From a virus (taxonomy: Duplodnaviria > Caudoviricetes), in the IMG/VR virus record IMGVR_UViG_3300010005_000034, positions 1 through 36,643 of that record: 36,643 nt of DNA. One strand, written 5' to 3'. Shown piece after piece: positions 1-8,004 of this stretch. The notes beneath the pieces were generated by a model. That model worked only from the letters and a program-made list of their open reading frames with translations, was not told the DNA's origin and searched no databases. The first letter of the stretch is position 1; each line of letters starts with the position of its first letter. Made by a program: the position numbers and the translations under genes.

Positions 1-360
1 ATGCGAGTCGGTAGTGATCTGCAAAGCAAGGCGTTGCTGGCGCTGGAGGAGGTGTGCGCGGAATGCCGGTTCGGCAAGCCTCGGCGAACCCATGCGGTGC
101 GCTTTGCGCTTGCCTATCTGTGGAGCCAGTCGAATGGGCCTGCTGAAACGTTCATCGCCTTCTGGCAGGAGCTCGACGGTTGGAACAAGTTGCACCGCTG
201 GCGACTGGCGGACGCTGCATTGAATGAGATCTATCGCGCCGTAGGTGCCTCGGTGGCCGGCCGCGACGAAATCAGCAGCGAAATGTGGAGACAGGCTCAG
301 GCGCGCCATGAGAGCGCGAGCGCAGATCAATCAGGCGTGCGCAAGCTGCGGAACCGGTGA
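1..360 (+). CDS. hypothetical protein (left-end accessory gene)
   Basis: 119-aa ATG ORF with globular, Trp-rich composition; no family recognised. Confidence 0.6.
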   Translation: MRVGSDLQSKALLALEEVCAECRFGKPRRTHAVRFALAYLWSQSNGPAETFIAFWQELDGWNKLHRWRLADAALNEIYRAVGASVAGRDEISSEMWRQAQARHESASADQSGVRKLRNR

Positions 361-451
361 GTGCCGACCGTCTAACTATGGGGCAGCGAATAGACATTGC
401 GCCCCAAGAATACCCAGCGCTACCCTAGGAGCATCTAGAAGGGGTTCACCG

Positions 452-772
452 ATGTTGCTGGGCATTCTTACGATCATGCAGCCGATGATGGCCGAGCCCG
501 TTTATTTGCGATGCTCATTCCCAGGCAATGGGGCGGTGGTTATGATCACTCCCGATGAAGCGAATGCTGCCGTTACGGTTGCGCTGCCTGCCACTGGATA
601 CAGCGCAAAGATGCCTGCGGCCTTCACCGCGAGCGAAGTCCGATTCCAGGATACTCGTGTCGCCTATGTGCTGAGCCGCACCGACCTGTCCGTTACCCGC
701 ACGATCAAAATGATCAGCTCAACTGATAACGGAAAGTGCGAGATCGAGAAGGCGCCAAAACGGGCCTTCTGA
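452..772 (+). CDS. small putative exported protein (moron-like)
   Basis: ATG at 452 follows a purine-rich AAGGGG. It has a hydrophobic N-terminus (MLLGILTIMQPMMA), a beta-rich body and two Cys near the ends. Confidence 0.65.
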   Translation: MLLGILTIMQPMMAEPVYLRCSFPGNGAVVMITPDEANAAVTVALPATGYSAKMPAAFTASEVRFQDTRVAYVLSRTDLSVTRTIKMISSTDNGKCEIEKAPKRAF

Positions 773-775
773 GCG

Positions 776-1438
776 CTACTTCCGCTGGCCCACAAAGATC
801 ACCCTGCCAATGATGTGCACCTGATCGATATGAGCGTCGTCAGGAGGAACCCGCTCGTTGTCCGAGAGGATAATGACGGTTTCGCCTTTGATCCGCAGCC
901 TCTTGATCATGACCACTTCACCGATTGCGAGAGCCCAGAAAGCATCCGGCTCTCGCACCTTCACCTCGGAACGGTCGATGAGCACCATGTCGCCGTCGTT
1001 GATGGTAGGTTGCATTGAATCACCGCGACCTCGCGTGAACGTCAGCAGCGACGGGTCCGTCTGCGTGATCGACTCCAACCAGTACCTGGCGAACAGATGC
1101 GACCGCGTAACCACCGGCCCATCTGCGAATGTCCCGCCCAACCCAAAGGAGCGGTCGATCTCGTCGACGCTAACCAGGTCCAGGGTGTCAGGATCGAGCG
1201 CAGGCACCGAGATACGGTCGGCGTTCTCAGCCCCGTCACGCGCTCCTGTCACGATATACACGATATCCGCACCGAGCCGAGCAATACGAAGCAGGTAGTC
1301 GACGTCCATGGCCGACTTCCCCTGCTCGTAATTGAGCTGAGTGTTCTTGCTGACAGCCGCTTTAGCGGCAAACCCGCGCTGATCGAACTTTAGGCGCATC
1401 CGCTCCTCGCGGAGCCGCGCGCCGACCACCTCACTCAT
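776..1438 (-). CDS. CI-like phage repressor (XRE HTH + S24 peptidase)
   Basis: HTH VGARLREERMRLKFDQRGFAAKAAVSKNTQLNYEQG; S24 motifs RGDSMQPT and VMIKRL. Divergent from ner. Start chosen at MSEVV (1438). Confidence 0.92.
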   Translation of the reverse strand: MSEVVGARLREERMRLKFDQRGFAAKAAVSKNTQLNYEQGKSAMDVDYLLRIARLGADIVYIVTGARDGAENADRISVPALDPDTLDLVSVDEIDRSFGLGGTFADGPVVTRSHLFARYWLESITQTDPSLLTFTRGRGDSMQPTINDGDMVLIDRSEVKVREPDAFWALAIGEVVMIKRLRIKGETVIILSDNERVPPDDAHIDQVHIIGRVIFVGQRK

Positions 1439-1447
1439 ATCGCATAG

Positions 1448-1535
1448 CCCAAAAACCTGGGGCAACCAGGCAGGGCTGACTTGCAGACCCCAATTTATTG
1501 GGGCATGATCCAAAAATTAGGTACAAACTTTTGGA
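1448..1535. promoter_or_regulatory. immunity operator region: four 14-bp dyads, consensus YCCAA-N4-TTGGR
   Basis: CCCAAAAACCTGGG 1448-1461, CCCAATTTATTGGG 1489-1502, TCCAAAAATTAGGT 1509-1522 and TACAAACTTTTGGA 1522-1535 lie in the AT-rich gap between repressor and ner. Confidence 0.8.
1481..1509 (+). promoter_or_regulatory. putative early promoter (Pe-like)
   Basis: TTGCAG (1481-1486), 17 nt, CATGAT (1504-1509). The best dyad fills the spacer. Confidence 0.6.
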
Positions 1536-1545
1536 CTCACGCCCC

Positions 1546-1794
1546 ATGCTATTGGACCATATGCACCCCGCAGACGTTAGAGCGGCGTTGCAGAAGCGCT
1601 TTGGGACCGTCGGCGCCTTCATCGCCGCGAACAATCTCCCAGTGACGGGCGTGTCCGACGTTCTGCGCGGGCGTACGAGCAAGCGCGTCCGCGAAGCCAT
1701 CGAGGCAGTTCTCAAGGAGCAGGCCGAATCCATTAATTTGGACGATACCGCCCAAGAGCCTGGGACGCACCGTCAAAATGCGGAGGCGCGCTAG
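1546..1794 (+). CDS. ner: Ner/Nlp-like DNA-binding protein
   Basis: MHPADVRAALQKRFGTVGAF resembles the Ner family, and it is the first early gene opposite the repressor. Start may be 1561. Confidence 0.8.
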   Translation: MLLDHMHPADVRAALQKRFGTVGAFIAANNLPVTGVSDVLRGRTSKRVREAIEAVLKEQAESINLDDTAQEPGTHRQNAEAR

Positions 1795-1796
1795 AC

Positions 1797-3335
1797 ATGG
1801 CGACGCTTCCCGCGAACGATCTCGGCAAGAGCGAGCTCGACAACCTGCCGGTCGTCGAGGAAATCGTGATGATCGAAACGGCGTTGATCGACGCCGGGCC
1901 CCGGCTCCGTCTGGTCGATGAGGTATGGGCTGGCGCGCTCGGCGACCTGATCCTCCGTGAGGGTCAGCGCGATGCTATTGACGTGTGCCGCGCCTCGAAC
2001 GGCCGATTTCGGCTTGCTGGCGCTGGCGGCCACCGCCTTCGCGCGGCCCAACTCCGCGACATCGAGGGGCTCAAAGCTCGGATTTGGCCAGATGACGCCG
2101 TCGGCGCCGAACTGCGCGAAATCCAAGAGAGCCTTCATCGCCGTGATCTAGAACCGTACGAGCGCGCAACATTCGTCGCGGCCGCCGTTTCGTGCGTGAA
2201 GCGGAAGGCGGGAATCGATCCGAATAAGGATGGGCGCGCGGCATCGGCCCAGGCGCGCTGGCAGAAAGTCCTTAGCGGCGAGGCTGAGGATGCAACCGGA
2301 ATCGTTACGGTTGCATATGGCTGGGCGACGGAAGTTGCCAACGCGCTCGGATACAGCAAGGCATCAATCGAGAAGGACCTCCTCCTCCATCGCCGCCTGT
2401 CGCCCGAGATCGTCCGAAAGTTGCAAGCAGCGCGGCATCCCGTGTTGAAGAACGGGACTCAGCTTCGGACACTCGCGAAGCTGGAACCGGCCGAACAGGC
2501 GCGCGTCGTTGATCAGCTCGTCGATGCGGCGGCGCCGGCCAAGACTGTCAGCGATGCCCAGGCGCGGCTGCGCGGTGCCAACAAGCTTCCCTCGGACCCC
2601 GAGGCAAAGCGTCTGTCCGCCTTCCTCGGCAACTTCCAGCGCATGGGGATCGCCGAGAAGAAGGGGGCACTGTCGGAGCTGCTGCCCCTTTTGCCCGCTG
2701 GCACCGTGCTCAGCAACGTGGAGGGAAAATCCCCCCGGGCGAGTGACGCGCAGCGGCAGCACTACGAGGCGCAAGTTATCGACGGCCTCAAGGCCGCGTT
2801 CCATCTGCTCCTTCGCCTGAGCGATGGCGATGAGGTCGATGACGACGAGGTCAACTCGGCACGCTTCAAGACCCAGATGGCGATCATGTCCGCGAACAGC
2901 GGCTTCATTCCCGATCCGGTCGATACAAGCGCAACGGTTGCGGTTGTATCGGAACCGGTCCGCGCGGCGACCGAGGCAACGGTGGCGGCCGCTGCCGATA
3001 CAAAGGCCAACCTGGCCCTTGTATCCGAGGCTAAGACATCGGTTGACGATGTCGCGTCCGAAGATGCCACCGATCCTCTTACCGTTGCGGCGCTCCAAGG
3101 CGACCTGCGGGCCTGCGTTCAATGGGTTTCGGACACCTTCCTAGACGGCGGTGACGCCGAGAAGGTCCTGCTGCTCACCCAGAATTTCGGTGGTCGCCAT
3201 CGCTTCGCCAACGGAACCTACGAACTCCGGCTGGCGAAGGTCACCGCAACCTGCACTGCTGGCGCCCATGGCCTGATCCATAACTGGCTCCTCGCCGCTC
3301 GGCGTCGCCTCGAAAAGGAGGCCGCGTCAGCATGA
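1797..3335 (+). CDS. ParB-like N-terminal domain protein with long C-terminal extension
   Basis: AGGHRLRAA arginine patch (GxxRxxA), EIQESLHRRDLEPYERA and HTH EVANALGYSKASIEKDL. Confidence 0.85.
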   Translation: MATLPANDLGKSELDNLPVVEEIVMIETALIDAGPRLRLVDEVWAGALGDLILREGQRDAIDVCRASNGRFRLAGAGGHRLRAAQLRDIEGLKARIWPDDAVGAELREIQESLHRRDLEPYERATFVAAAVSCVKRKAGIDPNKDGRAASAQARWQKVLSGEAEDATGIVTVAYGWATEVANALGYSKASIEKDLLLHRRLSPEIVRKLQAARHPVLKNGTQLRTLAKLEPAEQARVVDQLVDAAAPAKTVSDAQARLRGANKLPSDPEAKRLSAFLGNFQRMGIAEKKGALSELLPLLPAGTVLSNVEGKSPRASDAQRQHYEAQVIDGLKAAFHLLLRLSDGDEVDDDEVNSARFKTQMAIMSANSGFIPDPVDTSATVAVVSEPVRAATEATVAAAADTKANLALVSEAKTSVDDVASEDATDPLTVAALQGDLRACVQWVSDTFLDGGDAEKVLLLTQNFGGRHRFANGTYELRLAKVTATCTAGAHGLIHNWLLAARRRLEKEAASA

Positions 3336-3862
3336 CCCCCAACGAGATTGCAGCGCTCGACTATATCCGCGAGCGGATCACGGTCGCCGGCTATTCCCCG
3401 ACGGTCAAGGAAGTCGGCGTGCATATCGGGGTGTCCAACCCCGGCGCGCTCAAGATCGTCAACGCGCTGGTCGATGCGCGCCATATCCGCCGCGTCCCCT
3501 GCAAGAAGCGCGGGATCGAGCTGCTAGGCGTGACGGATCTGCGCTCGACGGACACGGCAACGATCGTCGCCGAGCTCAAGCGGCGCGGTGTCGAGCCCGG
3601 CGCGTTCAACGCGGATCGCCCGCGTCGCAGCGCCCGTGACGTGAGCTGCGCAGTCGATTGCTGCGACACCACCGTCCAGCGGGGCCATATGTTCTGCCGG
3701 GATCACTATTACTCGATCTCCGAACTGACGCGCCGCGCCCTGCACCGCACGCATAAGCGGTTCCAGTCCAGTCGCCGCCGCGAGGACGAGCGCGCGTTCC
3801 GCACCGCCTATTACGCCGCCCTTGCGGAGGCGACGGGCGAGCGCATCGGGTGCTTCGAGTGA
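3332..3862 (+). CDS. LexA-type winged-helix DNA-binding domain fused to Cys/His finger
   Basis: LDYIRERITVAGYSPTVKEVG...RRVPCKKRGIEL matches the LexA N-domain pattern. The C-terminal part has CAVDCC..MFCRDH and there is no S24 domain. Confidence 0.8.
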   Translation: MTPNEIAALDYIRERITVAGYSPTVKEVGVHIGVSNPGALKIVNALVDARHIRRVPCKKRGIELLGVTDLRSTDTATIVAELKRRGVEPGAFNADRPRRSARDVSCAVDCCDTTVQRGHMFCRDHYYSISELTRRALHRTHKRFQSSRRREDERAFRTAYYAALAEATGERIGCFE

Positions 3863-4089
3863 TGGCCCAGGCGGAAACCGAGGCGGCTCGTCTGCGCCGG
3901 CTGCGTGTGGCGTTCGAGCGCGCGCGGGACGCCAACGTGTCCGTCGACCAGGCGCGGTCGCTGATCCGTCTCGAACAGATCGACGCGCGCCGCGTCGCCC
4001 GCGAGGAGCGCCGCCAGCGCCGCGTCGAGGCGATGGAGGCCGAGCAGGCTGAGGGCCGCCCCTGGTGGCAGAAGGGGCCGATGGCGTGA
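3862..4089 (+). CDS. hypothetical helical protein
   Basis: TGATG-coupled start; charged coiled-coil ending PWWQKGPMA. Confidence 0.65.
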   Translation: MAQAETEAARLRRLRVAFERARDANVSVDQARSLIRLEQIDARRVAREERRQRRVEAMEAEQAEGRPWWQKGPMA

Positions 4090-4319
4090 GCAACCTGCGC
4101 CCCATCCGCACCGGCAACCTGCGTGCCGCGCCCGCCGGTCTGACGCCCGATCTCGTCGGGCGGTTCCTCGCGCTCGCCGACATGCTCGGCGGCCATACCG
4201 ATCCGTTCCCCCAGGATGCCTCTATCGCCGCCTCGGGTCGCACCCCCGGCGATGTCCAAGCCCCAATGATCGCGGCCGAGGAGGCCGGCCGCGATTCGAT
4301 CTCGGGAGGAAGCCGGTGA
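4086..4319 (+). CDS. hypothetical protein
   Basis: GTGA overlaps at both ends; fills the operon gap. Confidence 0.55.
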   Translation: MSNLRPIRTGNLRAAPAGLTPDLVGRFLALADMLGGHTDPFPQDASIAASGRTPGDVQAPMIAAEEAGRDSISGGSR

Positions 4320-4990
4320 CGCGCTCTGACCTGCTCGCGAAAATCAAGAAGTGCCTCGCCCTCGCCGCGAGCGCGACCGAACACGAAGCCGCTGCCGCGC
4401 TGGGCATGGCCCGGAAGCTGATGGACGAATATGGCGTCGATCAGATCGAGCTGGACTTGGCCGACGTTGCCGAGGCCGACGCGCGCGGTTCCGGCAACAG
4501 CGTCCCGGCCGAGTGGGAAAGCTACCTCGTCAGCGCCGTCGAACGCGCGCTGACGGTCGAGGTGATTCTGATCCCCCATAGTGGTTGGCGGTTCATTGGC
4601 CTCGCCCCCGCACCCGAGATCGCGAGCTATGCCTTTCTCGTCCTGTTCCGGCAGCTCAAGAAGGCCCGCGCGGAGTATATCGGCACCGAGCTCCGCCGCT
4701 GCACCGTAGCGCGCAAACGCAAGCGGGCTGATGTGTTCTGCGAAGGTTGGGCCAGCGCGGTCTATCGCAAGATCGCGGCCCTCAACCCCAACCGAGAACT
4801 GCATCCGTTCGTGCGCGCGTTTCTGGCCGAGCGATATCCGCGCCTCGATCAGGTCGAGGCACGTGCAGCCGCGCTAACCGGCGCTGTCGCCGCGCGCGAT
4901 CGCGGCAATGGTTACGACGCCGGGCGAAGTGTGTCGCTCCATAGGGGCGTCGATCAGAACGCCCCGGCGGCGCTCCTGGGGCGCGACTGA
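4316..4990 (+). CDS. DUF2786-domain protein
   Basis: LLAKIKKCLALAASATEHEAAAALGMARKLMDEYG is the DUF2786 signature common in Mu-like early regions. Confidence 0.85.
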   Translation: MTRSDLLAKIKKCLALAASATEHEAAAALGMARKLMDEYGVDQIELDLADVAEADARGSGNSVPAEWESYLVSAVERALTVEVILIPHSGWRFIGLAPAPEIASYAFLVLFRQLKKARAEYIGTELRRCTVARKRKRADVFCEGWASAVYRKIAALNPNRELHPFVRAFLAERYPRLDQVEARAAALTGAVAARDRGNGYDAGRSVSLHRGVDQNAPAALLGRD

Positions 4991-5291
4991 TGCCCGTTGA
5001 TCCCCGCATCCAGGCCGCGCTTGATGCGCCGCTCACCACGGCGACGGATCTCCGATTCCGTCCGGTGAAAGGGTATGTCCAGCCGCCCGGTACGGGGCCG
5101 CTCGGCGAATTCTGCCAGGGATGCCGCCACGCTCATCCGACGGGCAGCGATTACCGTACCTGGTTCTGCAACCTGGTCCGCGATCTGCCGCGCACCACGA
5201 TCAGGCTAGATACCAAGGCATGCGGCCGCTGGGAGGCGCGTCGCTGATGCCCCTCGATCCCCGCATCCAGGCCGCGCTTGATGCGCCGCTC
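4987..5291 (+). repeat. 48-bp direct repeat (4987-5034 and 5244-5291), 2 mismatches
   Basis: ctgatgcccgttgatccccgcatccaggccgcgcttgatgcgccgctc vs ctgatgcccctcgatccccgcatccaggccgcgcttgatgcgccgctc. Confidence 0.95.
4990..5247 (+). CDS. small Cys-rich protein, paralog 1
   Basis: GYVQPPGTGPLGEFCQGCRH..WFCNL..ACGRWE. Confidence 0.75.
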   Translation: MPVDPRIQAALDAPLTTATDLRFRPVKGYVQPPGTGPLGEFCQGCRHAHPTGSDYRTWFCNLVRDLPRTTIRLDTKACGRWEARR

Positions 5292-5537
5292 CGTTTCGGA
5301 TCGTCTATCGACGGTCACGGGCTGGTCGAGCGCGTCAGGAATCGCGGCTATGCGGCAACGCCGGGCACTGGCCCGGCCGGCGAGAAGTGTCATTCGTGCG
5401 CGCACAGCTATTTCGTGCAGCCGAGCGTCAAGCGCTTCTACAAGTGCCGGTTGACCCGGTTCACGAACGGGTCCGCCAGCGACATCAAGATCAAGTCGCC
5501 CGCCTGCCGCCGTTGGGAAGGGCGTGGGGATGGGTAA
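5247..5537 (+). CDS. small Cys-rich protein, paralog 2
   Basis: GYAATPGTGPAGEKCHSCAH..YKCRL..ACRRWE; TGATG-coupled. Confidence 0.75.
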   Translation: MPLDPRIQAALDAPLRFGSSIDGHGLVERVRNRGYAATPGTGPAGEKCHSCAHSYFVQPSVKRFYKCRLTRFTNGSASDIKIKSPACRRWEGRGDG

Positions 5538-6000
5538 GCGGCGCCCCTCGATCCCGGCAGGGCAGTTCGCCTTCACCTTCGACGTGCCGATCCCGGCGCG
5601 CGAGGGCTCGGCGCTGGCCGGCCTGGACAAGCAGGTGGCGGCGACCGTCGCGTTGATGCTCAAGGAAGATCCGCGGCCGTCGCGGTTCCTGATCGCCGCC
5701 GCGATGTCCGAGCTTCTCGACGAAGAAGTCACCAAGGCGATGCTGGACAAGTACGCCTCGGAGAGCAGCGAGACGCACGCGATCTCCTTCGCGCGCATGC
5801 TGGCGCTGACGGCCGTAACGGAGCGCTTCGACCTGCTCGACCGGCTGACCCGCCAGATCGGCGCGGCGCTGCTCGTCGGGCCCGAGATCATGACGGCCGA
5901 GCTCGGCAACATCGATCGACAAATTGCTGAACTGAGGGAGCGGCGCCGCACGATCGAGCGATCGGCGCCGACGATCGCTGGCGGGAGAACCAAGGCGTGA
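5530..6000 (+). CDS. conserved Mu-like phage protein upstream of transposase (possible CII-like regulator)
   Basis: IAAAMSELLDEEVTKAMLDKYASES resembles the gene preceding A in alphaproteobacterial Mu-like prophages; GTGA-coupled to the transposase. Confidence 0.65.
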   Translation: MGKRRPSIPAGQFAFTFDVPIPAREGSALAGLDKQVAATVALMLKEDPRPSRFLIAAAMSELLDEEVTKAMLDKYASESSETHAISFARMLALTAVTERFDLLDRLTRQIGAALLVGPEIMTAELGNIDRQIAELRERRRTIERSAPTIAGGRTKA

Positions 6001-7973
6001 AGCTGGGCGGGGGGAAAGAGTGGTTCACCGCAAAGGAGCTCGAAGAGCTCGCCTTGCCGGGGCTGCGCATTTCCAAGCGAAAGATCAATGACCGTGCCTC
6101 CGCCGAGTGCTGGGCGCTGCGCGAGGATGCCGATGGCAATCCGCTGGCGCGGGTCCGTATCGGTGTTCGCGGCGGTGGCCTGGAATATCATTTCAGCGTT
6201 CTCCCCGCCGCCGCGCGCGCCGGCCTGGCCGCAATGGGCGTCGGTGCCGTCGCCCATGTCAGCGACACGCCAGAGTCGAGCACCGCCGCGCTGTGGCGCT
6301 ACTACGAAGGGCAGACGGACAAGGTGCGCGCCGACGCCGAGTATCGCCTCGGCGTGCTCGACTCGGTCGAGCTGTTCCGCGCGGCTGGCATGACCATGAC
6401 CGCCGCGATCGGCGCGGTCGCGGGCCGCGAGAACATCTCCGCATCCTCGATCCGCGACTGGCAGGGCAAGGTTCGCGGCGTACCGACAGGCGATCGCCTG
6501 CCATATCTCGCCCAGCAGCATGCGGGCGGCAACCGGGAGATCGAAGTCGATCCCGAGGCGTGGCAGCTGCTGCTTTCCGACTATCTGCGCCTCTCCGAGC
6601 CGAGCTTTTCGAGCTCCTACCAGCGCGTTCTACGCGACCACTGCCAGCCACGCGGCATCACGCTCCCGATCGAGCGCACCCTGCGCCGGAAGTTCGACCG
6701 TGAAGTGGATCCGCGCGTCGTGATCGCCCGCCGCAAAGGCGAGGAAGCGCTTCGCCAATCCCTACCCGCACAGAAGAGGAGTGTCTCCGGCATGCATGCA
6801 TTGGAACTGGTCAATATCGACGGCCACCGCTGGGACGTGTTCGTCCAATGGCCGGACGGCACGATCGCCCGCCCCGTGATGGTCGGCATCCAGGACGTTT
6901 ACAGCCGCAAGTTCCTCGCCTGGTCGATTGGCCGGACGGAGAGCGCGGTGGAAACGCGCCTTGCGCTCGCCCATTTGTTCGAGCGGTACGGCATTCCGGG
7001 CGGCATCCTGCTCGACAACGGCCGGGCCTTCGCCAGCAAGTGGATCTCTGGCGGTGCGGTCTCGCGCTTCCGGTTCGCGATCCGGGAAGAGGAACCGCTG
7101 GGCATCCTCACCATGCTCGGCATCGATATCCATTGGGCCAAGCCGTATCGCGGCCAGTCCAAGCCGATCGAGCGCATGTTCCGCGACTTCTGCGACGCGA
7201 TCGCCAAGCATCCCGCCTTCGAGGGCGCGTACACGGGCAACCGGCCCGATGCGAAGCCGGAGAATTATGGGTCCCGCGCGGTGCCCCTGGATCGGTTCAT
7301 CGAAGTGGTCGAGGCCGGGTTCGCCGCCCACAACGCGCGGCCTGGTCGCCGTACGGAGATGGCGCGCGATGCCGGGCTCAGCTTCGACCAGGTGTTCGAG
7401 CAGAGCTATGCGATCTCGCCCATCCGCAAGGCGACCGAGGAACAGCGCCGGCTCGCGTTGCTGACCGCCGACGATCGCCCCACTGACCGTAAGACCGGCG
7501 CGATCAACCTGTTCGGCAACCGCTATTGGGCGGAGCCGCTCGGCCAGGTTGCGGGCGATCGCGTCACCGTGCGGTTCGACCCCGACGATCTGCTTGCGCC
7601 GCTGCATGTCTATCACCGCGACGGCCAGTACCTCTGCTCGGCGCCGGTGCTGGAGGCCACGGGCTTCCTCGACGTGAGCGCGGCCAAGCAACGCGCCCGC
7701 CTGGAGAAGGATCACCGACGCAAGGCCAAGGAGCTGGAGCAGGCACTGGATCTGCTGGAAGCCGACCGTATCGACGCGTTGCTCTCGCCACCCGCTGCGA
7801 CGGAGACTCTGCCGCCCGCCGGCGCAATCCGCCCTGTCCGCACGCGCGGCAATACCGCTGCCGCTCTCAGGACCACCACGCAGAAGGCGCTCAGCACCGC
7901 CTCAGAGGCGGCCCGCGGAGCCGCCCTCGATCAGCTCGTCGCCGGGGCGAACCGCCTCCGCGTCGTGAAGTGA
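5997..7973 (+). CDS. MuA-like DDE transposase
   Basis: N-terminal KEWFTAKEL Mu HTH, DDE motifs NIDGH / LLDNGRAF / SKPIER, and C-terminal VTVRFDPDDL. Confidence 0.96.
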   Translation: MKLGGGKEWFTAKELEELALPGLRISKRKINDRASAECWALREDADGNPLARVRIGVRGGGLEYHFSVLPAAARAGLAAMGVGAVAHVSDTPESSTAALWRYYEGQTDKVRADAEYRLGVLDSVELFRAAGMTMTAAIGAVAGRENISASSIRDWQGKVRGVPTGDRLPYLAQQHAGGNREIEVDPEAWQLLLSDYLRLSEPSFSSSYQRVLRDHCQPRGITLPIERTLRRKFDREVDPRVVIARRKGEEALRQSLPAQKRSVSGMHALELVNIDGHRWDVFVQWPDGTIARPVMVGIQDVYSRKFLAWSIGRTESAVETRLALAHLFERYGIPGGILLDNGRAFASKWISGGAVSRFRFAIREEEPLGILTMLGIDIHWAKPYRGQSKPIERMFRDFCDAIAKHPAFEGAYTGNRPDAKPENYGSRAVPLDRFIEVVEAGFAAHNARPGRRTEMARDAGLSFDQVFEQSYAISPIRKATEEQRRLALLTADDRPTDRKTGAINLFGNRYWAEPLGQVAGDRVTVRFDPDDLLAPLHVYHRDGQYLCSAPVLEATGFLDVSAAKQRARLEKDHRRKAKELEQALDLLEADRIDALLSPPAATETLPPAGAIRPVRTRGNTAAALRTTTQKALSTASEAARGAALDQLVAGANRLRVVK

Positions 7974-8004
7974 TCGACGAACCCCGAACCCCGAAAGACT
8001 GATC

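Noticed and set aside
1439-1545. Upstream extensions of the repressor (to 1513) and ner (from 1498) in the ORF track
   Set aside because: They would overlap each other and run through the operator/promoter region. Downstream ATGs match the domain starts.
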